DNA from: Ptychomitrium polyphyllum
Taxonomy: Eukaryota
Assembly: GCA_973851085.1 (NCBI GenBank)
Contig: OZ316776.1
Span: 2,232,001 to 2,296,000, forward strand
Length of the DNA stretch: 64,000 bases
Direction: 5' to 3'
Part shown: piece by piece, positions 23,619-36,866 of the stretch
Position numbering within the stretch: the first letter of the stretch is position 1
How the letters are laid out: each line of letters begins with the position of its first letter
The notes under the pieces: generated by a model
What the model was told of the DNA's origin: nothing
Seen by the model: the letters and a program-made list of their open reading frames with translations, nothing else
Databases searched by the model: none
Program-made: the position numbers and the translations under genes

Positions 23619-26600
23619 GATGGCAGCACGGGGCGATGACGGAACGGAGTAGATGAGCGGGTGGTCCTGTAGAGCAGTAGTTAGTGCTGGTTGGAAGGCC
23701 GTTCGAGAAGCCGTTCGGATGAGCTATGGCTTGCACATGAGTAGTTCGAACCATTTATTCTTCAAGCAGCTGTAAGAATTTGTTGCAGTCGCTGTTACTG
23801 GCGAATGTATGTCCGCCTCGTTTAGGCTCTACTTCTTACTGGCGGGCAAAGGTAGGATGTGAGCACCTGCTAGTCTTGACGTCAGCAAGTGGACGGTGAG
23901 CTGCGCGCAGCTTTTTGCCTCGCTTGCTTTGTTAGTCGAGAACGACTTAGGGAGAAGAGGGGTGTCAGTTGTCATGAAAGGAGCATTCGTGAATAAAGTG
24001 CCAATATTGTGGGCGTTTGATGACCTTTTTTTCCTGATAACAGGCCTCGAGTCACTATGCCGGAGTTCCTTGTGTTTAATATGTGCCCGTCTTCGGTGAG
24101 ACCGTCGGATTGGAGCTGTTTAATGGAGCGTAGTTTTTGTTCTTATCGTGTTTGAAGATGATGTATGGTACTGTATATAGTTGAGGTGTTTGCTCTTCAG
24201 GTTTTACTAGTTAGTGTTTATGGTGTCTGCACTTTTTATATACATTTACTTGTTTACTCATTTTTCGAAATTATTAAATTGTTCAAATACTTGGTTGGCA
24301 AGGTGTATGGCTTTTCGTTCGCTTTCCGGATGCCATATCTCATATATTTGTTGTACTTTTTTTAGTTATTGTTTTGTGATTCCTGCTTTATTAATTTGTA
24401 TATTAGTCTATGGTATACTTGGTGTGGTTGTCGAATCTTATATTTATGTGACAGTAGTATGGGTGTTTTGGTTATCTTATGCTTGATGCTCAAAGTTTGT
24501 GTTTTACTTTCTTTTCATTTGAATCGCCACATCTGTTTCATTCATAAGCTGTGATCATATTTTTTAAGGAGTGTTGTTTCTTTTTGGTGGAGAGTGGCTA
24601 GTGTTGTACACTATCTTGCATGAATTGTGTCCAATTGTAGGAGATCACTTATTATTGTCCTTGTCATGAGTGTCCAATTAGTTGTGAGCTGGGTTTTGAG
24701 TACCATTGAAGTCTTGATGATAGTATCTGCACAAGTGGCATAATGTGGTGTGCCAATAGTATTATCATTAGACTTCTTAAGTGCAGGCAATCATGAGGGT
24801 AAGGGCAAGTCTCTTGCCGTCGAATTTGGTCTTTAATGTTTTTGTCAGCGTTCTTTCGATTTTGTGGATCAGTGGAGCACAGTTCCACATGAACTCAATC
24901 TACCTTCTCCTCTTTGCAGTGGTGCTTTATACGAGGCCATGGCCTCAGGTGGTATACCAGGAGGTCATTGGTGGCGAAATTTCAGTCCTGCATAGATCTA
25001 GGGCTTTCTGGATCATCAAAGGACATATTGGATATGCCAGGCTCAAAGAATTATTACTAATATTAACTCCATTTTTTCCCTTCCAAACTCTACTCAGTTT
25101 GTGCTTGCATTCAGATGTGCCATTCACCCTTTGTGATGTATGTGTGTTCATCTCCAAATTGGAGACTATATGATGCTTTTGAGAGTTTTGCTGTATGCAG
25201 TTAGTGGTGTAAAATACCAGTAAGGTATTGAATAGGTTCCATTTGAGAGCTGTGGTGCAGTGAATCAGCAACCAATAACAGCATGCAGTACTTGTGGGGT
25301 TCAATTCCAGGTATGGACATGCTTCTCTCTAGGGGCACCTATTCCTGGTATTAAATTTCAGGTACATGTTTCATTATTGTAACATATGGCTAAGTACTCC
25401 CACTGTTGGTAACACCTGCTCAGTATTTAGGGTACTTGAGCACTGATGTCACTTATTGGGAGTTCTAAGCACCTGCAACTTGCTTGAACTAGTCAGTCTT
25501 AGATCAGGGATGTTTTTGTCATTCTATAAATATTGCATACCAATACAGAGACATCACACTTGTGAGAACACACTAAGGCAACTGAAACCACAACTCTTAT
25601 GTTGCCATAGGGAAACATGCATTGGGAGCCGTCTTTTAAACTCTTTATCTGCATTGGAGCATTTCCTTGCAAGGAAGGTGGGGCATACAGAGGTTCCCAC
25701 AAAGACAGAATCTAATTTGGTACAGGTACTACACAGGTAGCTGAGTAGGTATTGAATGTCATACAAGTTCCAAGGTGTGTTTCATGTTCTCAATTAACAC
25801 AATTTTGAACCACATGGTTCAAGCCTTCTTAAAAATAATGCCCAAGGTAATCCTATCATTGTACATTAGCAAAAGGACAGGAGTTGTCCTTGGGCTTTTG
25901 GCTGTGACTCATTCAAGAGCAAAGTGTTTACACCATGCACATCCATGGACCATGATAAGAAGTTATCAACCTACCACCCATCACGACATGCATTATTCAT
26001 TCATGGGAACCATCCAATCTCCTCCAAGTTCAGGAGGAAATCACCAACAGTGGCAACAAAAGAGGATGATATTCACAATGAAGCAACTTTATCCTCTGCG
26101 GTTACACTCCAACTCACTCGGCATCCGACCCCCAATCATCCATGACTTGAAACCTCCTGCAAAGAATCCATGGGATCGCAATGAAGGGCGCCGAAATACT
26201 AGTCACACACACCACTAAAAAGCAGAACAGTTCACGAGAACAAGGCAGAGAGCACGTAACTTAAAGGGGAACGTGGTACACGTTTATGTAAAGAACCCGG
26301 ACTCCATTCACACGAGGAAAAAAATGACGATCCATGAGATCATGGGAACACTGAGGGAATTCGATCCGGGCACTCCAAGGGAACAGCGAAACGCAAGGGG
26401 AACGCGAATCGCGAGGGTCCGGAAGGGGCGGATCTAGACGACCTCGGCAGCGAGAGAGTTCGATGAGGAAATCAGGTGCCGACGAGGTCGCGGCCCGCGG
26501 CGTGAAGGAGGTTGGTTTGCAGTCCTGCGCCGGAGGGGGCTGGATTGCGCTTTGCTCACGGTGGATGATGGATCACTCACAATAGTGTTTATCCTGTCGC

Positions 26601-27664
26601 ATACTCTACCGGATCCACAGCTCAAGGCAGGGAGGGTAGGGCGCACGTCGCGACTGCGTCAGGTAGCTAGCACTGATGTCGACGTCTGGGAGTGCAGTCT
26701 TACAGTTGGGGTCCTTGCCATGAATCTGATTCTAAGTACAATCGTCAGGGTCATGTCGCACCTCTGAGTTGAACAATGCCATGTCGCGGAAACGAAACCA
26801 GTAATGAAGCCTGCTGGTGGTGGTGTTGTTACACTGAATTCGGGTGAGTGATGTGATGGGGATTCCTGGAACGGCGCGAATCTAGAGATTCATCTCCAGG
26901 GTTGAGTTTCGCAGGACGGGTCTGTCGAGGGTGATAGGTTACTTTCTGTTTTGTAATCACGGCTTTGCCAGCTACCGGGTCTGCAGAACAGCTGTAAGCG
27001 CCGTAACAGCGAACTAGGTGGATTGTGATACCAATTATTGGGCTACGGGGTTGGTTTCGTGCGGAATGTGGACAGTTGTATTAGTTGCCGTTGTGCAGAA
27101 TGCCGTAGTTGCACGCTAGTTGGCGGAATGCATATTCGAGGGCAGAGATTCTAACTTGGAATAAGTGCCAGACGTTGACCTACAAGAGTCTCACCTCAAG
27201 TTGGCAATTCTCGAGATTGCCAGATTCCCTTCAGTGCGCGGTGTTGAATGTGTCAGTTTCTGTGATTCAGCGCAATAATTGAGCGAGCCAATGTAGAGCA
27301 CGCTCTAGGTCTCACTCTGTTTTCTTCCTTCCCTACTTTGTTCTTATTGCAATTTGCTACAATTTCTGTGAGTTGAAAGCATTCTCCTCTGCATTCGAGT
27401 GGAAATTGACAAACTTCTCCGTGAATCTTTTCTGTGCATATTTCGGTAGTGAAAATTATGGCTGAGCATCAGGATTTGAGGGAAGAAACTTTTGGGAGCT
27501 AATTTGAATGATTGCTTCGGCTGGAGTTCATGTTCTCTGGAATTTGGGTTTTCAGGTGCAGATGCCGGTGAGTTGCGGATGGCAAGAGCGCAAGGACGGT
27601 CCACCGTGAGAATCCGCCTAGATCTGAAGAATACACTTGCTGGGGAGAGTCAATCCCACATAGA

Positions 27665-30600
27665 ATGAGTGCGCCCCCAGGGCACATGGAACCCACCCGC
27701 GGCAGCCCCGGCAAGAAACTCAGTTGCCACGACAACTTTGAAGCATCCCCAGGCACCCATCCCCACTCCAAGTACATCGGACCATCCCTCGTAGAGACCG
27801 TGCACGCTTCGGAGAAATTCGAGAAGACAGGCTTGCTCGCAGCTCACTTAGCAGCGCTTCACGATGCTCACATGCTGGAAAGAGGGTTGCTGCCGGGGAC
27901 CTCGTTGCCTGACAGTGAAGCGCCTCCAATTTCCCCCGTGTACGCTGTGTCGCCATGGAAAGACCTCAAGCCGCTCACGCTCGCTGACATGAAAGTGGGC
28001 AAGACCCACCGCAGGCATTTTCTGGAAGGCCGCCTGTGCGCCAAATCTCTCAAGGTCACTTCTGTGGTGAGTGAAGCAACAACAACGTCGTTGTAGGATA
28101 GCTCCTCCAGTTACACACACAGGTCTGTCCTAACATGTGTGTGTGTTTTCTTTAGATTAACGTGTTGGAGGAAGATTCAGGGCTTGCAACGAAGATTATC
28201 TTGACGAATGCGTTGCCAGCGAGGGCGAGTATGGCACAAGCGCAGAATTGTTATCCTGAGGGTGCTCGGGTGACGGTGCGAGATCCTTACCTGACTCGGT
28301 TTCCGGATGGAGTGGTGGGAGTGTTGGTGGAGCGACCTAACGACATCGCCTTCCTTTCAAGGCCTGAGAGTACCGGGGAGAATGGCACCAGGATCTATGG
28401 AGCTGTTGGATTGGAGGGTTATGATAGCGATAGGGTTGCGCATAGCACGAGCCGAGAGCATAAGGATTTTTCAAGGAAGATTCACATGTTTGAGGAGCAG
28501 ATGAAGCAGGAAAACCCTCACTCTCCGAGTCATTCTCACTCTGTAGTACATCTGAAGCCGCTTGGCCATGGCCACCGGGATGATGTGACGAGCTCAAGAA
28601 GCTCCCCAGCGAAGGAGGAACCAAAGGAGAGCAGCTCCCCTGCAAAGAAGGAACTGAAGCAGGTTTCTATTGAAGAACCTGCAGCAGCGAAAGAAGTTGT
28701 TGAAGAATCTGTAGCACCTCAAATAGTTGAAGAACCCGCAGCAGCGAAAGAGGTTGCTGTTGAAGAATCCGTAGCACCTCAAGGTGTCGTTGAAGAATCT
28801 GTAGCACCTCAAGAAGTCGTTGAAGTGACGGAAGCTGCTGATTCATCTGCAAGTGGTAATGTGGTCTCGAAAGAAGAACTTCCAAACAATACTGTGGAGG
28901 TGCTCAGTGCAGCCGTGAAAGAGGATCTGCCAATCGTGAGTGTGGAAGAGCCCGTCATTGCTGAAGTAGCTGTTGAGGATAAGGAGTTACAAACACCAGA
29001 ACAACATCCCATTGTCTTGCCCAGTGATTATGAATTACATGTTTCGTCAAGGGAACTGCCTGTGGAGGAACCTAGCCAAGAAGGTGCTAACCATGACGAG
29101 GTTGGTGGAGAGCAGGGCAAGAGTGGTGGAGAAGAGGAAACACAATTAAGGGATTCTAGCTTAGAAGTGGTGGACAAAGAAGAGGAGATGCATTTAACAG
29201 AATCGGTGGAAGGCGTCGAACACGTTGCTGAAGAAGTTGTGAGTGGTAAAGAAGGAAAAATAATCCCTACAGAAGTGAGCGACTCGAGCAGCGAGCAGCA
29301 CGATGAGGCTTCTGTGGAAATTGGTGAGCCTGTACACGAGGAACAGTCGAAAACTACCGAAGACTTTGCAGATCCAAAAGTGCCGCTTATAAGGAAGCAG
29401 TTTCAGCGGAGCGACAGTTTGTTAGCAGTGCACGAAATTGATCATGACTCGAAAGCGAGCGCTGGCGAATGGGCTGGTGAGCCTGCCATTTCAGAAAAGC
29501 CCTTCACTCCAGACCATGAGGAGAGAGAAGATTCTAAAGTAAGAGAACGAGAACTCAGCCAGTCAGTTAAGCTTGCAAACAGCGATAAGGTAGTGGAAAC
29601 TCATAATGCCAATGACCTAAGAGTCCTGGGCAACTTATGCTTCGGCGAGGAGAATTATCAGGGCGCAACAGATCTGTACACGAGGAGCTTACGTTTGGCA
29701 GAGGATGAGGAGAAGCGGCAAGGGAAGTTGGTTTGCTCTAGGGAGATTATACTTGGATACTCCAACCGTGCCGAGGCTTACATCCGACTCCAGGAATTTG
29801 ACAAGGCGTTGGCAGATGCGAAGAAAGCTTTGTCACGAGATCCCAGCCATTTGAAGAGCCTGTTTCGAAAAGGAAGAGCGCTGCTTGGTCTTAGTCAGTA
29901 TGAGCAAGCATTGTGTACTTTGCAGGTACTGCCAATATCTTGTAAAACATCTTCGTTCTTGCCTTGCTTTGCAACCTAAACCTAAACCTTAACTTTTTGT
30001 GATGTCCTTTTGCTATTTTGGTTTACAGGTAGCTGCTCCTCGAGCTCCATCAGATAGGGATCTTCAAGCTGCGCTTCATGAGAGTAGTACTGCTGTGCAG
30101 CAGAGTTGCCATGGCCATTACGACTTGTCGCAGTACTACTTGAAAGGGAAGCAGATGGGGGAGTCTCCTCATTGTGCAGACTACATTGGTCCTGTGATCG
30201 TTATTGATGTGGGCAGAGGGCGGGGAAGGGGGCTTGTCTTGACGAAAGATGTGGAAGCAGGGGAGCTGTTACTTGTGTCAAATCCAATTGCATTCTTGCC
30301 ATTGCACGACGTGGATCAGACGCGCAATGTTATTTCCCAGGCATTTGTGAATGGGAAGGTTCAGGAAGGGTTTCGCAAGATTGTTGAAACTTCTCATTTG
30401 CATAACAAGGGTCTAGAGAAGCTGCCGACATTGTATGATGGGGAGAAGGTTCTTCCAGCTCCATCAGTGCAGCAAACTCACTTCGAATCTGCGTCTCATT
30501 TGGATGCTGCACACATCCGGCGGATAATTCAGCTGAATGCAATCAATGGGGATGCTACCATGGGATGGAAGAATCTGCCCGGCTCAGGACAGCAATACCA

Positions 30601-31773
30601 GAAGGTGGCTGTGGGTCTACTCTAACAATTTTCGTCTGCATACATTTCTATTCCTATTTTCTCACTGTCTCTGTTTTACGAGATTCTTTTGTCATGTGTT
30701 CAACCTTCTCTTTATGTTCTGTTTACATTGTATTGGTTTCTATGTTATCGAATGTAGGCAACATATCAAATGAGCTGTTATTGTGCATAAAGTGAAGCTT
30801 GTCTTTCTCACAAATTTTATGTGTTGCAGCAAATTTGTTGTTCAGAAATGTACTTGTTTTGTGATTTGGATAGAACTCCCATCTAACACAAAATATTATT
30901 GGATATTCTTGCAGGTAGAGCACTGGGGGTTATGGTGGTTACCCTCATTTATTAATCACTCATGTCTTCCCAGCTCCTCCGCAATCCTTATTGGCAAGGC
31001 TCTCTTTGTATTCGCATCCCGGGACTTGCGTGCTGGTGATGAAGTCACTCGCCCTTATTTCGACATATTTCAACCTCTAGAGCAACGAAAGGAGCTGAGT
31101 GCGAAGGGCTGGGGCTTTATTTGCTACTGTCCGCGTTGCAAACTTGAGGACGCATTGCACACCTCTCTTTCCAAAGTCACTGAGGATTACGTGCGCCTGG
31201 TGAGTTTACGTGATATTAAAGCAAGACCTGATCACTTTGTGGACTTGGTTAATGCACTAACCACAAACCTTTTTTTCTTCAAAATCACAGATTTAATCGA
31301 ATTTCCTGTTTAGAGATTTAACGAGCCAGCTTGTGTCGCAGATGGAGCTTGCAAGCCAGTCCAAAGCAGAATTTGGAACCGATGAGAAGCTGTCAGCGAC
31401 GCAGACATCGGCAGCACTGAAATTCTGTCACAAGCTTGAGACCAAGTTGAGGGACTTCAAATTGAATGCATCTGAGAACAACTGGGTGCGTTCCTCATTT
31501 TTACATTACATCGACATGATCAATGGCGACCATGAGTTGCACACTCATCTGGAGTCCATTGTTGAGGCTCTGGTCACTGTTTGCCCAGGCAGTGAGACAA
31601 CCTTGCACATGGCAGTTGTTGCGAAGGATTCTTCCAGAAGAACCTTTGGCAAGAAGTCGAACCAATTCAAGCACTCTAACCAACGTGCTCTGAATATCTG
31701 TCGGTATACATACGGAAAGCAAAGGCTTAGCGTTTTGCAGTCTATAGTTGATAAGAATGACTACCAGTCTTAG
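27665..31773 (+). CDS. TPR + split SET-domain methyltransferase with extra N-terminal domain and long acidic linker; exons 27665-28066, 28156-29925, 30029-30604, 30915-31199, 31342-31773
   Basis: TPR helices (GNLCFGEENYQGATDLYTRSL; YSNRAEAYIRL; KSLFRKGRALLGL). SET motifs GRGRGLVLTKDVEAGELLL, PSFINHSCLP and RDLRAGDEVTRPY. Post-SET GFICYCPRC. Confidence 0.88.
28597..28825 (+). repeat. Coding tandem repeats (SSPAKEEPKE-like x2; EEPAAAKEV / EESVAPQ units)
   Basis: Near-identical nucleotide units such as gaagaatctgtagcacctcaa and gaagaacctgcagcagcgaaaga. Confidence 0.85.
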
Positions 31774-34182
31774 ATAAAATGATTCTGGAGTGCGCTTCAC
31801 AGCCTTCCTCCTACTTCAGTCGTTAGTTTTTCCTTATCCCTTTTCTCCTTATGGTGGAGTCGATATGGTCTCAATTGATTCCTCAATTTGGTTCCTTCGG
31901 TCCATTGATGAAGTGAATCGTGTAAGAAAGCTTGGCGTATTTGCTCTGTAGTGCGACGTTCATGCGTTTCTAACTAGCTTATCTAAGTATCAACTTAGAT
32001 ACTTGAATTCTGAAGTTGGTAATTTAGGGTAGGGATATTGTTATTGGTAAATGATTTTCGTGGAATGCAACTTTTTCTTCACTGAACTGAAGGCATTGAG
32101 TTTACGTTTTGTGTCTTTTCACTGCATGCATCCGTTGTTTGGAGTAGGGACTCCGTATTCTGTCGGTGCTGATATTCTTAGGATTTGACCTGGCTTGTAG
32201 TGATGTGCTTGTCATCTGTACTGTGGTAACAATGACATCACGGTGCTGTTCACATGTGAAGTGAGCAGCCAGGCATTTCTTTATTTCTTATGTATTGTAC
32301 GGTTGCGGTATGTTCAATTGCGGTTACCGGTAGTTTAACTACTCTTCATCAATAATGTCAGGTTAACAAGGGCCTTAACGAGAACCTACGGATTCTCCTT
32401 CGCTCCGTTCTGCTTTCATCTCATCCTTCAATTGCCATTTTGACAACCGTTGGTGGATTCCATGCTCGTTGCACTTTGAGTTTGGACACGGACAATATCA
32501 TTGTCTCAAGATCCCATCAGATCTGCTCTGCATGAAGACTAGGACTGCGCTGATTCTGAACATTGCTAGCGTCGTTTCCTCGAACTATATTGTTGTTTGG
32601 TGAATTGCCATCACGCTGACAGGCCAAGGCCAGTAATCTGAAGCTTGAAGAGAATCTCGCAGACTGATTTCCTAGAACTGTACCATCAGTAGCATACGGG
32701 CTATCAATTACTGTAGCAGCTGTAGCCCACGCAGGGTCGGAATGGCAAGGTTTCGATTCCCTTCATTACAGTAATCGTAACGATATGCCTTAGTGAGTGG
32801 CTCCGGGGTTTGCAGCTTGGATATGTAACAACCTCCGATGCTTGGTTTTGATTGTAACTGAGTACGTTTCTTCTTTGACGATGATAAGTACTCCATATTG
32901 GTCCTCTGTCAAGTGGTCGGTCATTTGCTTTTTCCGTTGAGCCTGGATGCGATTGGATATCTTCTGTTGACAGGGTTGCCGATCTTATGTAGATGGGATT
33001 GTAAAATGATGCATTGTTGACGATTCCATAGCTGCAAGTTGTGTTATTCAACAATTCTTTGTGCGGTGCATAGAGAATGGTGTATTCAGTGCAAGAGGCA
33101 TAGCGTTTGGAATATGGCCATTTGCTGTCCTACGTTTGGTGACTTCGAAAATCTGGCGCCAAGTTCACAGTAATGCCCTTCGAACACACCAATTGCATCT
33201 TCAACACGCACAGAACCTTCATTCTGCCAAAGCTTCGTTTACCGACAGTCTCTTCCCCCTTGCCGTGAACACAGATATGATGCTTTGAGGTACAACCCGA
33301 ACTGTCGAATTCAGGTTTTGTTATTGAGGTGGGTCAAGGAGGTGCTTAATTTATTAAAGTATTACCTTACGTACTTAATCTATATGCTTTTTCATTTTCT
33401 GCAGCTGTAAATTTGAGGTAGTAGATCGGCTTTAAATGTTGAAAATCTTAGTGAAGCATCGGTGGGTGGAAGTCTTGTGGTGTTTTTTGCACTAGTTTGG
33501 TGCTGGTCCCGCGGTGGAAAGGCGATGCTGGCTTGATTTACACTGAAGTTTAGGGTTCCAGCGTGCGGCTTAAATCGGAGGTTTGTAAGCTAATCTTTCA
33601 TGCTTGCAACGAATACTTATTCCTGTTACTTATTTGTTCTATAATCTGTGCGGATGAACTGAAAATTTCAAGTAATGTTTGTGGGGGCCTTGGGCGCAAG
33701 CTAGGATCGGAGTGAGCTGAAGGGGTTCTTACCAAACAAATGATACCCTGATTCTTAACAGTTTAGACATGAAAGCTCTTGCTCATTTCATTTCAAAACA
33801 ATTTCTTTCATTTATGATAGTGAAAAGGAAGGAGTTCACAAACACCCACAACATTTCTGCTGTAGCAAAAGAAAAGGAATCATCTCTGCTGGAAGCATCC
33901 AGCCAATGTAGGGGAAACTAATCCCAGGGTTGTGGGTCGCTAAAGCACAAACACTTCGCATGTTACACAATTCACTTGTCAATTTTTCACTTAAAAGCTC
34001 AAATGACGTTTATCCACTTGTTTAGTACTCCAAGCAATTGCAGCATTCCGTTTGGGTGGACGGCCATGATCCGTTCTTTGTGTTACACATTCTAATGTTT
34101 CCGATGTCCATGCTTTCTACAGGATCGTGAACGGCTGCATTCAGCTTCAGGGAGCTGTTCGTGGTTTGGTGCTTCTAAATCC

Positions 34183-36600
34183 ATGGAGGAGCGGGGGTCT
34201 ATGAAGATTCTTTTAGGGTTATCTCCTGTGGCACTACTCTCAGAAGAGGGTAAGCTCCTGGCACTTCCGGAAATGTCGTGAATCATATAGTACTGTCTTT
34301 TGTTCCATATTTGATGTGCTCACATTAAATTGGTGCTTCTAGATCAGTTCTCTTGGAGCAAACTTTGGTCTTCTTCTGGAGATAAATGGTGCACTCTGCA
34401 ATGGTAGACTTTTGTTTCTATCCTTTGGCCATGTAAACACCTTTCACATGTGCACACGTGAATTGAATTTTTGTAGAGGTTGGAAACGCTGGTGGGTTGG
34501 AAAAGCTTGATTTATACTTGAAGCTTGCAGAAGGTTGCATGGTAGCAGTGCAAAAGATGCCTCCACGGAAATTCAACAATGAAGAATGCGAATATCTCAT
34601 TGATAAGCTCAAAGTGGTTGTTCAGAGCACAAGCTTGTTCTTAGGGTTATCACAAGTTGCATGCCATGGATCGTATTCGTCTACAAAAATTGCAAGGTGG
34701 GTTGAAACATCCAAGCTTCTGCTGGCTTTGGCAAAGCAAATCAAGAGCTTTGTTCAAGGTTGTTGCGAAGATGCGTGGATGCGAGCTGCGATTACATTGG
34801 CAAATGTGGCGGAGTATGTCTCATATCTAGGATTCAACCTGGAATTATGTAGAGTTGCCTTTGGCAAGGAACGTGCAGCAACAGGGGGCCTTACCTTGGA
34901 TGAGGTTTGCAGTATTAACAACGCTGAAGTTGAAATTGTGGAAAGGAAAGCCTCTGCGGATACAGAAGAGTTATTTCGAAAAGTAATATCGGAACAGGAA
35001 TCCTCAGAAGGTGAAAAAAGAGAAACGGCTACTTATCTACTTCATAGACTTTTCAGAATTGGACCCAATACAATTTCTGATGAGGGCACTATTTTGGGCA
35101 AATTGTTTGATTGGGTGATACCAGGCATACAAGCTAAGCAGTACCAACTGGGAAGAGGTTCTTCAGCTACCGTATACCGGGTCATGTGTTTTGGAACACC
35201 AGCTGCGCAGAAGACGTTCTTTGGACCGGGAAACCAAGAGTTTTTGAATGAAGCAAAAATCCTGTCGCGACTATGCCATCCCAACATCACATCCATGTTT
35301 TCTTGCAGAATGACTAACAAGAGTTGTTCCATCATCATGGAGTTGATGGATGAAGATCTTTTTACTCTGATGCAAAGTTTGGGGCAGAATAGTGATTCTC
35401 CTCCATTCTCCATTTTGGAAGCAGTTGACATTATGCTTCAAGTAGGGGAAGGTGTAAATTACCTTCACAGCAAAGGGATTGTGCATAGGGATTTAAAATC
35501 GAAGAACCTTCTTATAAAGAGGGTGATGGCATCAGAATTGGACATCGGATATGTGCTAATCAAAGTGGTGGATTTTGGGATCTCAAAGATAAAAGAGACA
35601 TGCACTACGTTATCTGCCATGACCTATAACACGGGGTCTGCCAGATGGATGGCTCCTGAAGTAATAAAATTAGCTCCAAGTAGTTATGGAGGAATTGGAG
35701 AAAGTAAAGAGTTAATAAAGCATTAGTTCAAAGTTGACGTTTATAGCTTTGGGATGGTGTGCTATGAAGTTTTGACTGGCAATTTGCCTTTCAAAGATGT
35801 GTGGCCAGAGAAGTTAGTGAAAGAAAGGGTACTGGAGGGATTGCGTCCACATTTACCAAATGATTGTTCCCCAATGTTAAAGGCCTTGATTGCGAAATGT
35901 TGGAGCCAAAAGCCGGAGGAGCGGCCTACTTTTGCTGTCATTTGCTCAGAGCTAAAGTATATGAAATATTTAATCATGACTGGTATGTCTTTTCAACTCT
36001 ACAACTTCTAAGATTTCTTCATTATTGTTGACAAGTATGCATATATTCCTTGCAGGTGGATGTGTACAAATAGTAGTGTCTGTTCTGAAATATTGTTTAA
36101 ACATATGATATCTATTACAAGTTTATCAAGTTTGAATGCTTGACATTAAGATAATTGTCAAAAAATATACATCGTTTCTTTATATAGGAACATGTTGCTT
36201 AATATGAAAATTTGTTAATAGTATTTGATTTCCCAATTGTTGGAATTTACAGTGAGCAACCAATGAATTCAATTAGCATCTGTACAAATATGATGTGTAT
36301 AATTATTTGGATAGTAATTAGACTTAGTATTATTTGTACGATGACTTTTATCTGAGTCATATGTTGCGTACAGGTGGAACGGTTCAGAAAGCTCCAGAAT
36401 CAGATGAAGATTCTTTTACATTCTCTACAGTTATGGAGAGAATGGAGGACAAACCTCGAGAAGTTCACCAAAAATCGGATAATAACTCTGTAGTCGGTTT
36501 GGTTGGCATGGGAGGCAGAGGTAAACCGTATTTATCAAAGAACCATTCAACTAGAAACGACATTTCAAAAACTCTTGCTTATAGGGGATGTGAAATCGAT
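34183..36600 (+). pseudogene. Helical-bundle (MLKL-like)-protein kinase-NB-ARC (kinase-NLR type) pseudogene, truncated in the NB domain; exons 34183-34249, 34477-35982, 36374-~36600
   Basis: Kinase motifs LGRGSSATVY, HRDLKSKN, DFG and WMAPE, an in-frame TAG at 35724-35726, then FKVDVYSFGMVCYEVLTG in the same frame. The next phase-compatible exon reads SVVGLVGMGGRGKPYLSK (degenerate NLR P-loop) followed by a frameshifted F..SC..DVKS motif. No further NB or LRR sequence. Confidence 0.8.
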
Positions 36601-36866
36601 GAGGACTGCCCTACTGTTGTTACCAGAACAGTGTTTTCTTTTCTATTCTTTTTCTGTCCATCTGGTTGTACAAGTCTTTGTCCTTCAATTGTAAAAGTTA
36701 TTGAAGAAGGGAAGATATGAGTGTCGTTCATGATATAATATGCATGTCAGTACGTGTGTTACTAGTTTTGTTGTAGCTGCTAAACATTGTGATGCTTGAT
36801 GACTAAATTCTGTCCATGCATTTTTGTAGATGTAATCCTATTTTGACATTTAATTTTTTCATGTAG

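Noticed and set aside
11950..23700. Horizontal transfer or bacterial contamination as the origin of the GC island
   Set aside because: The genes have spliceosomal introns and plant-type protein sequences, including a eukaryote-specific ZFPL1-like gene.
24165..27300. Short ORFs between ZFPL1 and TPR-SET
   Set aside because: No recognisable domains or consistent exon chain. The GC-richer part near 26300-27000 is more simply a promoter or 5' UTR.
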